64,000 nucleotides of DNA from the human T2T-CHM13v2.0 reference genome, Homo sapiens. This document shows positions 13,330-27,439 of the stretch, piece after piece. The position numbers were made by a program, and so were the translations under genes. Numbering within the stretch: the first letter of the stretch is position 1; every line of letters begins with the position of its first letter. The stretch lies in NCBI RefSeq assembly GCF_009914755.1, contig NC_060926.1; one strand, written 5' to 3'. Below the pieces are notes generated by a model, which was not told where the DNA came from, ran no database searches, and saw only the letters and a list, made by a program, of their open reading frames with translations.

Positions 13330-13820
13330 TATTTAAACATGAATCCTCAAAGTCCTCCACACATGCTTGAAGCCCATGTTTCTCATCTAATTTCCCACCC
13401 CTCCCTTACGCCTAACCTGCATTCAGGCAAATCCCAACATCGGCTTTGTCTTACGTAAGCCTCGTCCTGTCTTCCTTCCCCATTTTCATCCAGCTTTTCT
13501 CCTCAGAATGCCTTTCCATGTCCCATTATTACCCATCTACACCCACCTATTTATCAAGGCCCATCTGCACTGCCATGTCCTTCAAGAAGCCTTTCTACCT
13601 TTCTCCAAATGAATACAATGCATTCTTTTTCTTGATAACCCCCATAACATTTGCTACCTCTCTTATATCATTTTGTAGTTCTGTTATTCTTTACATCACC
13701 AACGAGACCAGAGGCTTCTTGAAGAGAGACTTCTTACTATACTCATCCTCATATCCTTTGCTTAGCACAGTGTCTTGCATACAGTAGTTAAATAAGGTAT
13801 ATTTTTGAGTTGAATAGAAT
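13330..13820 (+). mobile_element. L2 fragment (3' end)
   Basis: cttagcacagtgtcttgcatacagtag...ttgagttgaat-type L2 terminus. Confidence 0.5.
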
Positions 13821-13829
13821 TGAACCTAC

Positions 13830-13998
13830 CAGGTGGCACATGACAAATGGCACCTTGCAGAAATGACTCGCAGGCTGTGCTATGCCAGCGTCCGTTGCTG
13901 TCGGCAAAAACGCAGTCACCAAGGAGGGAGGACTCCTCATCTTTCCAAAAAGTGAAAGAAGATTTGGTGCCATCAGACCAGTCAAAATTAAGACCATT
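13830..13998 (-). CDS. PLA2R1: PLA2R1 exon 25 (end of CTLD7)
   Basis: ccacag|AAT GGT CTT ... CCA CCT G|gtaggt; NGLNFDWSDGTKSSFTFWKDEESSLLGDCVFADSNGRWHSTACESFLQGAICHVPP; 169 nt. Confidence 0.96.
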
Positions 13999-14289
13999 CT
14001 GTGGAGGAAAACTGAGCCATCATTTCCTTGCCACGACGGCTGGCAGCATCACCCAGTGTTATCTGAGCATGCTACAATTCCCACATCGATTGCTATTTCT
14101 GCACACCTTTTTAAAGAGGGGCTAGGACATCTGTGAATACAGCTTGACAAACAGGAATATCTGCCACAAATGAGATCTTTTTTGATTTTTAGGAATTCTT
14201 GGCTCCCTGCCACAATGATTTTCTAGTGAGCAATCGGCGTGAAATTGGACCAGTACCTTGTCTTTTACAGTGAAATACATTTCAGATTG

Positions 14290-15075
14290 ATCAATTATTC
14301 AAACATAAAATTGAAAACATAAACATGTTAAAGAAAACCTGGTTAAATTTTTTTATACTGTTGGTGTGGGGAAAACCTTTCCAAGTCATAGAAAATCCAG
14401 AGGCTATAAAGCAAAACTGACTACATGAAGTTAAAACATTCTGTACTACATGATGCAATAAATAATCATGAAATATCATTCATTTATCTCTCCCACTGGC
14501 AAGGATTAAAATTTTGAGAATACCTGGTGTTGACAAGGATGTGAAAAAACTAGACATTATCACATACTGTTGTTGGCATGTAAATTGGTGCAAACTCTTG
14601 GAGGGCAATTTGGTAGTACTTGTCAAAATTTTAAGTGTACGCAGCAATTTTACTTCTAAAAAATTATCCTACTGGCACAAGGATATTTGTTGTGCATTGT
14701 TTATAACTGTGAAAAACTGAGAAGAACCCAAATGTCTATTCACAGGAGAATGGTTTAATAAGTTGTGGTATATCCTTACATGCTGTGTTCTAAAGAATTC
14801 ATGAGATTTTTATGTGCTGACATGTGAAGTTGTTAAAGATATATTAAATTAAAAAGCAAGTTTAAAGACAGCATGTAGAATAGGATCTCATTTGTGCTTG
14901 AAAAACAATGTACATATTCTTCCATTACATGAATATGTATGTGTATACATGGAAAATTTCTAGATGGCACACAAGACAGTGTTCACAATTACTAACATTA
15001 GGGAGTAGAACTAGGGGTCAGGATAGACTAGTTTACTTTTCACTACTTTGAGTGTACAATATTTTATTTAAAAAA
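14290..15075 (+). mobile_element. Old L1 (L1ME/MD-type) 3' fragment
   Basis: gttgacaaggatgtg...tgtaaattggtgcaaactcttggagggcaatttgg; degenerate ORF2 end and 3' UTR. Confidence 0.65.
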
Positions 15076-15561
15076 ATGAAAATAACGTATTCTCTAAACC
15101 ACATCCCTAGAGGAAAATAAAACCTCAAGTGCTTAATTATAAGGGGTACTAAACTAATTAATAATCACATTTCTAGACAAGAAGCATGATTCGTTTTTTC
15201 TTGGGGATTCATTAAATGCCGCAAATTCCCAAATGCAGTGCTTGAGTTTCAGCTGTGTTCCAGTGCACATGCAAGGCAGTATCGGGGTACTTGGAAATTT
15301 TCAGAGAACCTTTGAATGGTATTAATTTCCAGACATTAGGCAAGTGGATGTTTACCCTAAAGAGGTGTGCACTCTTATTTTGTAGTCATAGGCTGTTCAT
15401 AAGGTTGGTCAGGTAATTGCATAAACCAATTATTTAAGTGTTATATTTATTATTATTTTTGGGATCTTTTTTTCAGTGCTAATTTCAGTGGCCAGATCAT
15501 GAAGGAGGTAGATGCTAAACTTAATTATTCAAGGATGTCTCAAGGGAGTTAGGATACCTAC

Positions 15562-15800
15562 ATCTGTGGTGAACAGTCCAATCCAGTGGGCATATCCTAG
15601 CCGGTTGAGGACAACAGTGAGGAAGGACTGGTGATACTGGTCTGTGATGCTGACCAGTTGTGCTTTGTGCATCAGGCAGGTTTTTATTGCTGCATACCAA
15701 GTCATATTTGCATTAATTATTTTGTAAGTTCTGTTTCCATATTCTAAGGTATTGGGCATTGGATACATATCAGATGTATTTACACTGTGTCCAGAAGTAT
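15562..15800 (-). CDS. PLA2R1: PLA2R1 exon 24 (linker and CTLD7)
   Basis: ttctag|AT ACT TCT ... ACA GAT|gtaggt; (D)TSGHSVNTSDMYPMPNTLEYGNRTYKII...YAHWIGLFTTD; 239 nt. Confidence 0.96.
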
Positions 15801-16564
15801 CTAGAACAAGAACAGCAACAAAAGTCATTTGCAGCATCTGGATGACAAAGGAAGAGGCAAAGCTTAGCATAGATCCTTGTCACTATGATCCATGTTGATC
15901 AGAGTGCTTTCTTCTGGAATTGACTGTTTCAAAACAAGAACACTATCTGAAAGTGTAAGTGATGCGAAAAAATGAGAACACTCAGGAAATTTAATGAATT
16001 GTTTTTCAAAAACATAAACATAGACTGAACCATTTCTAGAAGATTTCCCAGTTTTGACCATCCTTTATCAAATTGACTGCTTTTTGGTGGAACTGATGGT
16101 GATCTTCTTAGGTGGGTTTCACTCCACTAACTACACTTGGCTTAATCCACACTGCTGTGGCAGAACTTAATGCTTATTAATAGCAGAAAGGCACATGTTA
16201 CATAGTCATATATTGCATTGCAAACCTAATATTACAGGTGCATATTATCAGGTAAAATACTCGATTACACTTTTGAGACTGATAGTCACTATTATGCTTA
16301 ATGTTTGCATGTATAAATTCTAAAAGGAATTTTAAAAAATAAAGTTAATAAATTCTTAGAAATACACACTGTTCTTATAAACAGTTACTATTAATATGTC
16401 ACCTGTCAGAGTCAAAGTTTATAAATTAAAAGGCAAGGTTTTCCCACACGTTGTCAAGCATTGGTGCTTGAGAGTCTGTGAGTGGCTGTGATCATGTGAA
16501 AACCAAGCCTGTGTTTATGAACACGTGTTTCCTCTCTAATATGTGCATTTGCCTTTCTGTTTAC

Positions 16565-16656
16565 ATAGAACATATGTTCTATATGTACTAGGATATGTAT
16601 AGAACATATGTTAGGATATGTATAGAACATATGTTCTGTATGTTATGTACTAGGAT
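16565..16656. repeat. Short imperfect tandem repeat with palindromic unit (tagaacatatgttcta)
   Basis: Three copies of atagaacatatgtt separated by taggatatgt; 18-bp perfect palindrome at 16565-16582. Confidence 0.8.
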
Positions 16657-18043
16657 AGACTAAAGGTTTAGAAAACCTAAAGGACAAAAACAAGGTAAGA
16701 GTTTTTGTACCTTCTGATCCAAAGTGACTTGAATTTCTGTGTACTGGTTTTACTACATTTGGTGTTGGAAAGAAGCATGTGAGGTGTGGATAGGTCATGA
16801 GGCTGGGACTTAATCCTATTCCTGGCCCTAACTGGCTAAGAGCTCTTGGGCAAATTAACCTTTCTAAACCTCAAATTTATGGTCTACAAGAGATGATGAG
16901 GGTCTCCCTTGGAGGGGTGTGGATGGAATTGAACGAGATATCCACACAAGGCACACACTATTGTATGGAGACACAGAAAGCATCCTATGAATGTTGCTTC
17001 TTGCTCCACTCTCCTCCTCCGGTCATACTCCCCCCAGTAAAAATGGCAAAGTGGGAAACTGACCTTTATCTGAAACCATTACCTCAATACAGCAGCTGTA
17101 CATATGGAAAAACCAAAGTAAAATGAATCTCTTTAATTTCTGTAAATTGTGATGGATCACACTTTTATCATATTTTTATTCTTTGCTATTAGTCTGTGCC
17201 CAGCCTACGTGCCCAGTGTAATGGTTATTCATACAAAATCAAAATAATATCAAAGTAGCTATTTTAAAATGCTAACAATTCATAACATTAAATGACATTC
17301 TTTGTATATGTTACCCAAATGCCAATTTGACTGTTTTTTCCCCACTGAGTTATATGTCTGTATTTTTACATATATAAATTTCTCCATATGTAATTGATTC
17401 CATTAAGTTTCAAAACAAGTGATTTTGAGCAGCATGGTTTTGCCACCCATTGCCCTGAAAAAGAAAGATCTATTGGAAACCAAGTTCTAAACTGGGGAGT
17501 CTTGCTTTGCCCTTGTGTCTCTTCTTATTCAGTTTCTTAATTTTTTTGGCAGATAAAAGACTTTGGGCTCAAGCCCAATGTAAGCACATATGTATCTGAC
17601 AAACAGAGAAGAGGAGCAGAACTTGAATATTTATTGTTGGCTACAATAACTAGTGTAGTTGAACAATACTTTCTGGAAATAATAGAAAAAACTATATCGT
17701 TTGTTAAATATATGCTAGAAGTATGCTAAGTGTTATACATACATAAAGTGTGTGAGATGGCTATTACCACATTTTGCAGATGCAGAAATCATGATCACAG
17801 AAGATAAGTAACCTTGACTGAAGCTTATCTACAAAGAAGGGTGGGAACCCATGTGTGGTAGGCACTCCGGTGCCTATGCTCTCAATCACCACTATTCTGT
17901 ACTATCTCTAAAGGAAAATCTACACTGTTAGTCCCAAAAATACCAAAGAGAGAAAGTGATCAGAGGGCACATTCCAAGAATAAATCAACATCAAGGTAGT
18001 GGAATAGAATCATTGTGTTTAACTGAGACACCTTGAGTGTGTT

Positions 18044-18353
<310 letters not shown>

Positions 18354-19418
18354 AAGGATGACTTATGTTTTTAAGCCTCAAGTTCCTCATCTGTAAAATG
18401 GGAGACTTTTACCTACTTCATAGAACTGTCTTGAGGATTTTGTGGCATACCGCGCATACACTCAAGGCACAGGGTCAGGTACTCATAAGTGTGTAAGTAC
18501 CTGGCATGCTCATATTATTTCTTTCCCTACAAGGCTCTGCTGTTCCCATATTACTCTTGCTGTTACAGATCTAGTATCATTTTTTCAGTTCCTGACCACT
18601 ATAATGTTTAAGTGGTAACTGAGAACCAGAAATGGAGCTTCTCTGGCACTGCTTTTTTGAGGATGAGTTGATAGTAACATTAGAGACTTCACACGTATGC
18701 CACATTAAGAAGTAAAATTCCTATTCCAAATAAGTATATATATATATATATAAATATATGCTAGGCTGCCCAGAGTTCCATACAGCTCTAGACACCAACT
18801 ATGGCTTTCTTGGGTGGTGTGGACAGGGATACCCAGCATTCAGTAAAAGCATGAGCTGTTGTTGTTTTTATTTATAGTACTCAAGGTCAGTTATAGTGCA
18901 TTCACACTATTCATTGACCCTGTTGGCTATTTGTAATAGTGTGGCTTTGGCATTTCACACAGAAACCATTTGGGGGTTCTGCCCATCAGATCTAGAAGAT
19001 TGCTGCATGCCACATTTAGCCACAGAGACCATTTTCAGGGTTCCAAAAAAGGAGCAAATATGAGTTGGTTTATTTCCTTGATTCTTTCCCAACATTTTCT
19101 CAGTGACCTTTAAAAATCACCTGAACAGATACATAATCCCAGAATGAAGCAGTAAAGCCATTTAATATGACTAAGATAGATACATAAATTTGGTCATCAC
19201 TCAAGTGGCCTCGGCAGTCCTTAGAATCCCACTAAAGGGCATAAGCCTAGGGTAGAGGAGATTAAATAACTAAACTTATGTAAAGCCAAAGAAGAAGTGC
19301 CTGACACTGTTAGCCAGGAAACTGTTAGCTACATTAGCTACACAGCTGTGTAAAACCAACATGAAAGAGAAGGATGGACTTTGGAAATGAAAGGAATAAA
19401 AACCCAAATATTTCTTAC

Positions 19419-19566
19419 CTTGCATTTTTTCACAAACAAACCCATAGCCTTCCTTTCCACAGTCTTCAAAATACCATTTTCCAGTGAAATGAAAATTAGG
19501 ATTACTTGAGAGTAAGGCACAGAGAGGAATGTGTTTCTGAACTTCAGTGGTATTGTGACTTGGAAT
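19419..19566 (-). CDS. PLA2R1: PLA2R1 exon 23 (end of CTLD6)
   Basis: ttaaag|ATT CCA AGT ... ATG CAA G|gtaaga; IPSHNTTEVQKHIPLCALLSSNPNFHFTGKWYFEDCGKEGYGFVCEKMQ; 148 nt. Confidence 0.96.
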
Positions 19567-19917
19567 CTTTAAAATAATACACGTTATCAAAAGTATGATA
19601 ACATATAGCATTATTATAACATTAAAATTTTTATTAAGACATTATTTTTAAAATTAAGACACCATTATTCCTTTATTCGCATTTAATAAACTTATTCACA
19701 AGTCATTTCATAACCTACAAAATAAACAATTATTGTGATGAGTAAAGTAATTATATTAATGGAACACATAAAATTACATTAAAAATTAATATATTAATAA
19801 AAAACTAATATAAATTTATACCTACAAAATATAGGAAATAAAAAAAGCTTTAGTAAACAAATCTTGAATAAAATATCTTGCCAAAGTGATCTCCAAAAAA
19901 TAAATCTTAAAACTTAC

Positions 19918-20048
19918 ATTTATTATATCAAATGGAGACCAGTTAGAATATACCACAGGCTTTCCATTTAGCCATGTTTCATAATCATCATTTTGTAAAC
20001 CTATCCACACACTGGTGGTCTGGCCAAAAAGATTCATAGTAATGAAAG
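19918..20048 (-). CDS. PLA2R1: PLA2R1 exon 22 (CTLD6)
   Basis: tttcag|CT TTC ATT ... ATA AAT|gtaagt; (A)FITMNLFGQTTSVWIGLQNDDYETWLNGKPVVYSNWSPFDIIN; 131 nt. Confidence 0.96.
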
Positions 20049-20729
20049 CTGAAAAACAGGAATACATTATCTAATTTAATACTGTAGAAAGCATTTGGGT
20101 AATCACTGCATCCTATTTATAGCTATGATTATATTTAAATGCCAGCAAAACATAATTATGAATCATTTATAGGAATTTGTTACTTTATCCTTGTTAAGGT
20201 AATGCAGTTTCTTTCACTTTTGTTTTAGTTTAAATTGACAGAAATTAGCTGGATAACCTGAGATTTCATCATATCATTAACAAAACAATTTCCAGTGTTC
20301 ATTAATTACCTTTCTAAACAAAAGAGGATTTATCTGCTATATTTAAACTGAAGTATATAATTGATTAAATATCAAATAAAAGCATGTAGGTAAATGTAAA
20401 GGGATCTAAAAATCATACCATGCAATTACATGTAGATCATACTTTTTAGCCATTTTGAAATATAGGCCATGAATATGTCCTTATTCTTTCCACTGCTACT
20501 GGTGAGAGACAAGGCTCCAAAACCCAGCAGTTTATAAGCAATGCAGTACACTAACTTTTACAGATATCATGAAATAAAACCTATGGGTCAAACTGCAAAC
20601 TCGTGTATCATCAGCAACACAGTATTTTAAATGTTGATTTGGGAATGTTAGTATAGGTGGGGGGGATATTTTAATAAATACTTGAATAAAAATGGTTATC
20701 TTGGCCTGGTTGGATCTTGAGTACTCTAC

Positions 20730-20847
20730 CTTGCTCCACCTCACTTTCAATGGCGACCAGGGTCCCCCCTTCTTCAGCACAGAAATGTTGAGCATGCGTC
20801 CAGTTCTTCCAACTGCTTGGGTCTTTGGGGATATTCAGCAGAAGGCA
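20730..20847 (-). CDS. PLA2R1: PLA2R1 exon 21 (CTLD6)
   Basis: tgatag|TGC CTT CTG ... GAG CAA G|gtagag; CLLLNIPKDPSSWKNWTHAQHFCAEEGGTLVAIESEVEQ; 118 nt. Confidence 0.96.
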
Positions 20848-21521
20848 CTATCAAAAAATGTCAAAACAAAACATTCATTTCTGTATCTTTCTAAGTGAAT
20901 TAAAAATTTCCCAAAGACACTGAATATCAGCTTTGAAAATTCTTTATAATTTTCTTGGGCAGAAAGAACTCATTTTTCTTTCACCTCCTCCAAAGGTGTT
21001 ACAGTAAAACAAAGAGGAGCAGCTTTTAGGGTGAGTTAATGACTTGCCTGCATTTGCAGCAGGCAGGAACAGAAGCAGGGATGCGTTTTGTCTTGTGAAA
21101 TGTCAGAACAGTGCCTTCAGCACAATGAAAAGTAGTATTCTTCCTAAAAAGGAGCCACTCTGATTGCAAAGTTTACATGGGCACATTTAATCTAAAAAAA
21201 AAAAAACAAAAACATTCTGGGGGTGGCAATGAACAGCTTAGTTCAATTTTATTTACAAACACACTTCCTTACTTTAAGTGAGAGAGAAATAATGGGGAGT
21301 CAAACACATCAGGTGTTTAAATTCACTAAATACTTGAGTCAGCCATTTGGTCACTAAGTCTATTGGGAAGAGCCAGAGAAGAAAAATAAATGATCCCAGT
21401 GGGACAGAAAGCAAGGGTATGACCAAAGAAACCTGGGAAGAAGTAGAAATGAAGGGGAAGGTTGGCCATCAATGTTAGAGGGAACACAGAAAAGGTTGTG
21501 GAATTTGGCAATAAAAGTTGA

Positions 21522-21872
<351 letters not shown>

Positions 21873-22277
21873 ACAGAGGTTTCTTTCTTATGGGATGAGA
21901 AATGGAATGATACATACTTGGCAGGACAGGCAGGGTTGAAGATAAGTTTGTTTGTTTTTCCCTGAAAGTTCGATGAAATTTAAGAATGTTGGTAGGAACA
22001 GATGGAGTTTGGTGAGAGGAAAAGATAGAAGAGAAAGGTTATAATGGATCAGGCAAAATTCCAGAGAGGTCAGGAGAAACTTTATGCAAAGGATGTTTCA
22101 TCTGGAACTTGCTGGGGATTCTTCTCTCATAATCAATTCTCTCATCAATGAACACAGATAACCCTAGTCATTGATAGATCAGATCCTAAGATCTCGCCAC
22201 TACAGGATAATTCTAGGTTAGCGTGGAAACCTACACTTGAAAAAGCATCCTTTCCTACCTTATTTTGAAATGATATC

Positions 22278-22690
22278 TGATATAGTTTGGATGTCTGTTC
22301 CCTCCAACTCTCATGTTGAAATGTAATTCCCAGTGTTGAAGGTGAGGCCTGGTGGGAGGTGATTGGATCATGGGGCAGATCCCTCTTGAAGGCTTAGGAC
22401 CATTCCCTAGGTGATCAATGAGTTCTCAGTTCATGCGAGATCTGATTGTTTAAAAGTCTGGAACCTCCTCTCACCTCACCCTCTTGTGCTTGCTCTTGCC
22501 ATGTGACATGCTGGTTCCCTGTTATCTTCTGCCATGATTGTAAGCTCCCTGAGGCCCTCACCAGTAGCAGGTGCCGGCACCATGCTTCTTGTACAGCCTG
22601 CAGAACTGTAAGTCAAAATAAACCTATTTTCTTCATCAGTTACCCAGTCTCAGGTATTCCTTTATAGAAATGCAAGACTGGTCTAATACA
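22278..22690 (+). mobile_element. MaLR solo LTR (MSTA/MSTB-like)
   Basis: TG...CA ends (tgatatagtttgg ... ctaataca); 5-bp TSD atatc at 22273-22277 and 22691-22695; internal aataaa. Confidence 0.88.
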
Positions 22691-22905
22691 ATATCTTTCC
22701 CCATCATTCTTTAATTTCCAAATTTTTCAGTTCTCCACCCCTTCCCCACCATCATACACCCCTTAAAAGCAGAGAGACTAAGTCTTACTCCTCTTTGAAC
22801 ATCACACCAGAGAAGGCCCCTAGTAAACATTTATTAAGCAAAATAAAAGACAACAGACCCTAAAATGGTTGTCAAATGACATTGTCAGTCATTCTAAATT
22901 TAGCT

Positions 22906-23112
22906 CAGTGGTTCTCCAACAGGACAATTTTGCCCCTCAGGGTATATTTTGATAATGCCTGCAGATATTTTTCACTGTTACAGTTGGGGAGGGGATTGCT
23001 ATTGGCAACTAATGGGTAGAGACAAAGATGCTGCTAACCATTTGCAAAGCACAGGTCAGGTCAGTCTTTCAAAAGAAAGAATTATCTGACCCCAAATGTC
23101 AATAGTGTAAGG
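22906..23112. mobile_element. MER20-like DNA transposon
   Basis: cagtggttctc...ttttgcccctcaggg...gggtagagacaaagatgctgctaa...aaagaattatctgaccccaaatgtcaatagtg. Confidence 0.75.
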
Positions 23113-24059
23113 TAATTCTTTTTAAAACTCAGTCCTGATCATGTCACCCTTTAGTTTAAACCCTTCAGGAATTTTCCACTACTCTTAGGATAAAAACCAG
23201 AAACACTGAACTAGCTTGAGGTTGAGTTGCCAACTAAGAGAGAAAATACATTTTCAATTCTTCTGGTCCTTTTTGTCTTGTTTGCTTCACAAATAAACTG
23301 AATTGGCTTTCAAGGAGTTTAATTTTATAACAACTATCCTTTTATCTATTTCCTTTCATTTTGCCTCTTTCCTCTAATTACAAATTCTAAAGAGTGGCAC
23401 ATATTAATTATTGGGAAGTCTTATCATTTAATGTGAATTCACCTTGTGTTCAGATAGTTACACTAATGAACCATTCATAAATACCAATGAACCTCATTGG
23501 TTCAGTTAGCTCAATAAATCTCTCCAGAAAAACATCTCCTCTGCTTCCTCTATGTTTGCCTCAGCCAGGATTTACTAGCTTGACTACGGAAGTGTGGCCT
23601 GCAATTACCACGACTTCATTGTTTCTAAAAATATAACATATTTACTAACACACTCCGAAATTGTGTCATTAATAATTAAGGCAAAGCAGCAAGATGAAGT
23701 ACAGCATCCTTAATTTAAAATTGTTTACTTACTAATTTGCAAAATGTGATCAAGTTTAATGCATCTCTGATTATTACTGTGAATTAATGGGGTCCTACTG
23801 TATTCTAAATGGGTTTTCAATATAAAATTCTTTTTTGTCTCAAAATCATTTCTAGCTCAATATTTGGAAATGAAATTCAGTTCCCTCCAAACTTGGTCCT
23901 TTCCCAGTGTTCCTACTCACAATGAATGGCACGGTCTGCATGCACTTATACACATACAATAAGCCTGAAACCTCAGAGGCATCCTTACCTTCCCACTCCA
24001 TCTCCCCAACAGCCATACCATTTGGACATCTCATTTCCCAAAAAGCCCCCTCACCCATC

Positions 24060-24675
24060 CCCATTCCCACTGCCTCATGGTCTCTGCCACCACTATCTTA
24101 GCCCAACCTACCAGTCTCTTGCCTGCACTACAGCAATAGCTTCCTAACTGCTCTTACCTTTCTCACCCTTGCCCTTCTTCCATATATCCTTGGCACTACA
24201 TCTAGAGTAACTTTTTAAAATTTGGTCCTGGTCACGTCCTTCTTTAGTTTTAAACCCATCAAGGGTTTCCCACTGCTCTTAGGATAGAGGCCAGAAGTCC
24301 AACACGGTATCACCCTTTCCACTTCTTTTGTCTCACCTTTGGCCACTCTAGTTCTCTATGTTTCCTTTAGTTTCTTAAATGTCATACTCCCACCTTGCTG
24401 CAGGACCTTAGCACATGCAGCTCCCCCTATTTTTAATGTTCCCTGCCTTTCTGACCACTTCAGTCAGGTCCTCTGGCTATACACTTTTCTAGAACCACAT
24501 AACTTTCCTTCATCACGTACAGCACAGTTTTAAATTACACAGCCATTTTCCTGATCGATTTACTAATGTTTGTTCTCCCTCTAGTGTGTAAGCACCAAAA
24601 GAGAAGGGGCTGTGTCTGTTTTTCCTCACCACTGAATTCCCGACATCGAGATAGTAAATGAATGAATGAATGAAG
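24060..24675 (+). mobile_element. L2 fragment
   Basis: L2-like body ending in aaatgaatgaatgaatgaa. Confidence 0.6.
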
Positions 24676-25574
24676 TGCTCCAATTTGAATAAATTCCAAA
24701 AAGAGGTGAGAGTATTTTTAAGAAAAAACTATGTTATGCACAAAATCAAATATTGACTAATCCCAAACTAGACAGTGCAAAGCAGCCATTACCACTCAAT
24801 CCAGGTCTTGAATAAAAATATGTAAGTAGAAGCACAAGAGTTAATCACACACACACACTTAGAATTTCTTCCTCCCACAGATCTGCTGGGACAAGTATCT
24901 TAGATGACTCATTCTTCCTGGGTAAACCCCTGGTCAAACCTCTGTTACATTGTCAAACACAGAGAAAACTATTTATGAGACATTAGAAAAGATGCTTAAT
25001 TTCTGTGTATCTCAGTTTTAAAACCCACTTAATTTGCCAACAAAGTGGGATTTTTTTCCTTAGAAATAACCAATAAAAATTAGTCCTAGGAAATTCACAA
25101 ACAATAAGCAAAGTTTAATGGGACATAATATATTGGAACTCATTTCAGAATTGTGAAGTAAAGAAGGTCCATCATTGTTATCTCCCAGTTTTCCTTCTGT
25201 AGCTTTATTTGTTAATAGGGAAAAACCATCCCACCGCTCTCAGCTATCAACTCTCCTATTAACAGTTTTTCTAATAATCTGATAAACTTACTTGTTTCAA
25301 GATGTTGATGACAGATGAGGCAATCTCAAAAATATTTCCCTTTTAAAAATAAAGGAAAGTGTTGAGACAAAGGAGAGAAACTCCAGTGGTGGAATTTTAG
25401 GCATTAATGCGCAGGAGAAGGCACTGTGGGTGGGGAGACATGCATGGTGACTCTGACATTGTGCCAGGTGAATTGCCACCTACTTATGAAGCCTGCTGTG
25501 ATGATATCCTTTGTAATCAAATGCTCCTAATGCCTTGAAGAAAGAGTTGTGGAACTATGACTGTTGAATTGCTG

Positions 25575-25750
25575 GGTAAATATTGGCCACACATTAGAAT
25601 AACTGAGGGAGCTTTAAAAAAATACGGATGCCTGGATCCCATGCAGATCAGCTAAATCAGAATCTTCAGGACGTCTCCTGCACTTTGATGTTTTTAAAAA
25701 GCTCACCTGCTGATTCTAAATATTTGACCAGGGCTGAAAACTACTGATCT
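25575..25750. mobile_element. MER5-like hAT DNA transposon
   Basis: cacattagaataactgagggagctttaaaa...aaatcagaatct...tttttaaaaagctc...tgattctaa...aaaactactg. Confidence 0.65.
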
Positions 25751-26147
25751 AGCTGTTAGTTATCAATAATTTTTTTTTATAACTCTGAGCTACATGAGGG
25801 TGTTTTAATCATGCCCCAGGGCTAGCTTCAGAAGGCGCCTCCCCTCCCCGCCATTCTCATGCACATATTTATTCCCCTCTCTATTCCTTTCATGGGAAGC
25901 ATTCACTTGCTCTTTTGCCCTGGGTCTGCTCCACCATCACTGCCACCATTCCCATAGATACACACTCTCTACGTGTGTACAGGAGGACACATGGGATGGA
26001 GGTGAACTGTGTGGGTAAAAATCAAGTTTGGGGGAAGGATAATAGCAAAAGGCTGAACCAGAAACAACTATTCCAGGTTTCTAAGAATTATTTATCAAAT
26101 GCTAAGGATTTGACTTGTCATTAATTTCCTTAAAATATCCTCTTTTA

Positions 26148-27257
26148 ATCCTAGAAGAAAACCTGGGCAATACCATTCAGGACATAGGCATGAGCAAAGA
26201 CTTCATGCCTAAAACACCAAAAGCAATGGCAACAAAAGCCAAAATAGACAAATGGGATCTAATTAAATTAAAGAGCTTCTGCACAGCAAAAGAAACTATC
26301 ATCAGAATAAACAGGCAACCTACAGAATGGGAGAAAATTTTTGCAATCTATCCATCTGACAAAGGTCTAATATCCAGAATCTACAAAGAACTTAAACAAA
26401 TTTACAAGAAAAAAACAAACAACCCCATCAAAAAGTGGGCCAAGGAGATGAACAGACACTTCTCAAAAGAAGACATTATGCAGTCAACAGAAATATGAAA
26501 AAATACTCATCATCACTTGTCATTAGAGAAATGCAAATCAAACCCACAATGAGATACCACATCAGGCCAGTTAGAATGGCGATCATTAAAAAGTCAGGAA
26601 ACAACAGATGCTGGAGAGTATGTGGAGAAATATGAACACTTTTACACTGTTGGTGGGAGTGTAAATTAGTTAAACCATTGTGGAACACAGTGTGGTGATT
26701 CCCCAAGGATCTAGAACTAGAAATACCATTTGACCCAGCAATCCCATTACTGGGTATATACCCAAAGGATTATAAATCATGCTGCTATAAAGACACATGC
26801 ACATGTTTGTTTATTGCAGCACTATTCACAATAGCAAAGACTTGGAACCAACCCAAATGTCCATCAATGATAGACTGGATAAAGAAAATGTGGCACATAA
26901 ACACCATGGAATACTATGCAGCCATAAAAAAGGATGAGTTCATGTCCTTTGCAGGGACATGGATGAAGCTGGAAACCATCATTCTCAGCAAACTAACACA
27001 GGAACAGAAAACCAAACACCACATGTTCTCACTCATAAGTGGGAGCTAACAATGAGAACACATGGACATAGGGAGGGGAACATCACACACCAGGGCCTGT
27101 TGGGGACTGGGGGCCTAGGGGAGGGATAACATTAGGAGCAATACCTAATGTAGGTGACGGGTTGATGGGTGCAGCAAACCACCATGGCACGTGTATATCT
27201 ATGTAACAAAATTGCATGTTCTACACATGTACCCCAGAACTTAAAGTATATAAAAAA
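26148..27257 (+). mobile_element. 5'-truncated primate L1 (L1PA7/8-like)
   Basis: ORF2 C-terminal peptides ([13 protein letters not shown]...KTWNQPKCP) plus 3' UTR; TSD atcctctttta at 26137-26147 and 27258-27268. Confidence 0.93.
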
Positions 27258-27439
27258 ATCCTCTTTTACACATGAGAGGAGGCATGAGTTAGTAACTAGG
27301 ACAGTTGTGTTCATGCTTTTGGGTTGTTCACTATCTGTACCAGAAATGTGATTTGGAGATTAGCTAGGCATTCCTTTATGCCTGTTCCCTAGAGACCATG
27401 CCAGGATAAACTTGTTCTAACAGTTGTGAAAAACTAATT

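Noticed and set aside
13847-14136. Plus-strand ORFs overlapping exon 25 (also 41512 over exon 15, 43904 over exon 14)
   Set aside because: Antisense shadows of real PLA2R1 coding exons.
23115-24300. Similar ~90-nt segments at ~23115-23205 and ~24208-24300
   Set aside because: Both look like the same region of L2 and are too diverged to call a specific duplication by eye.
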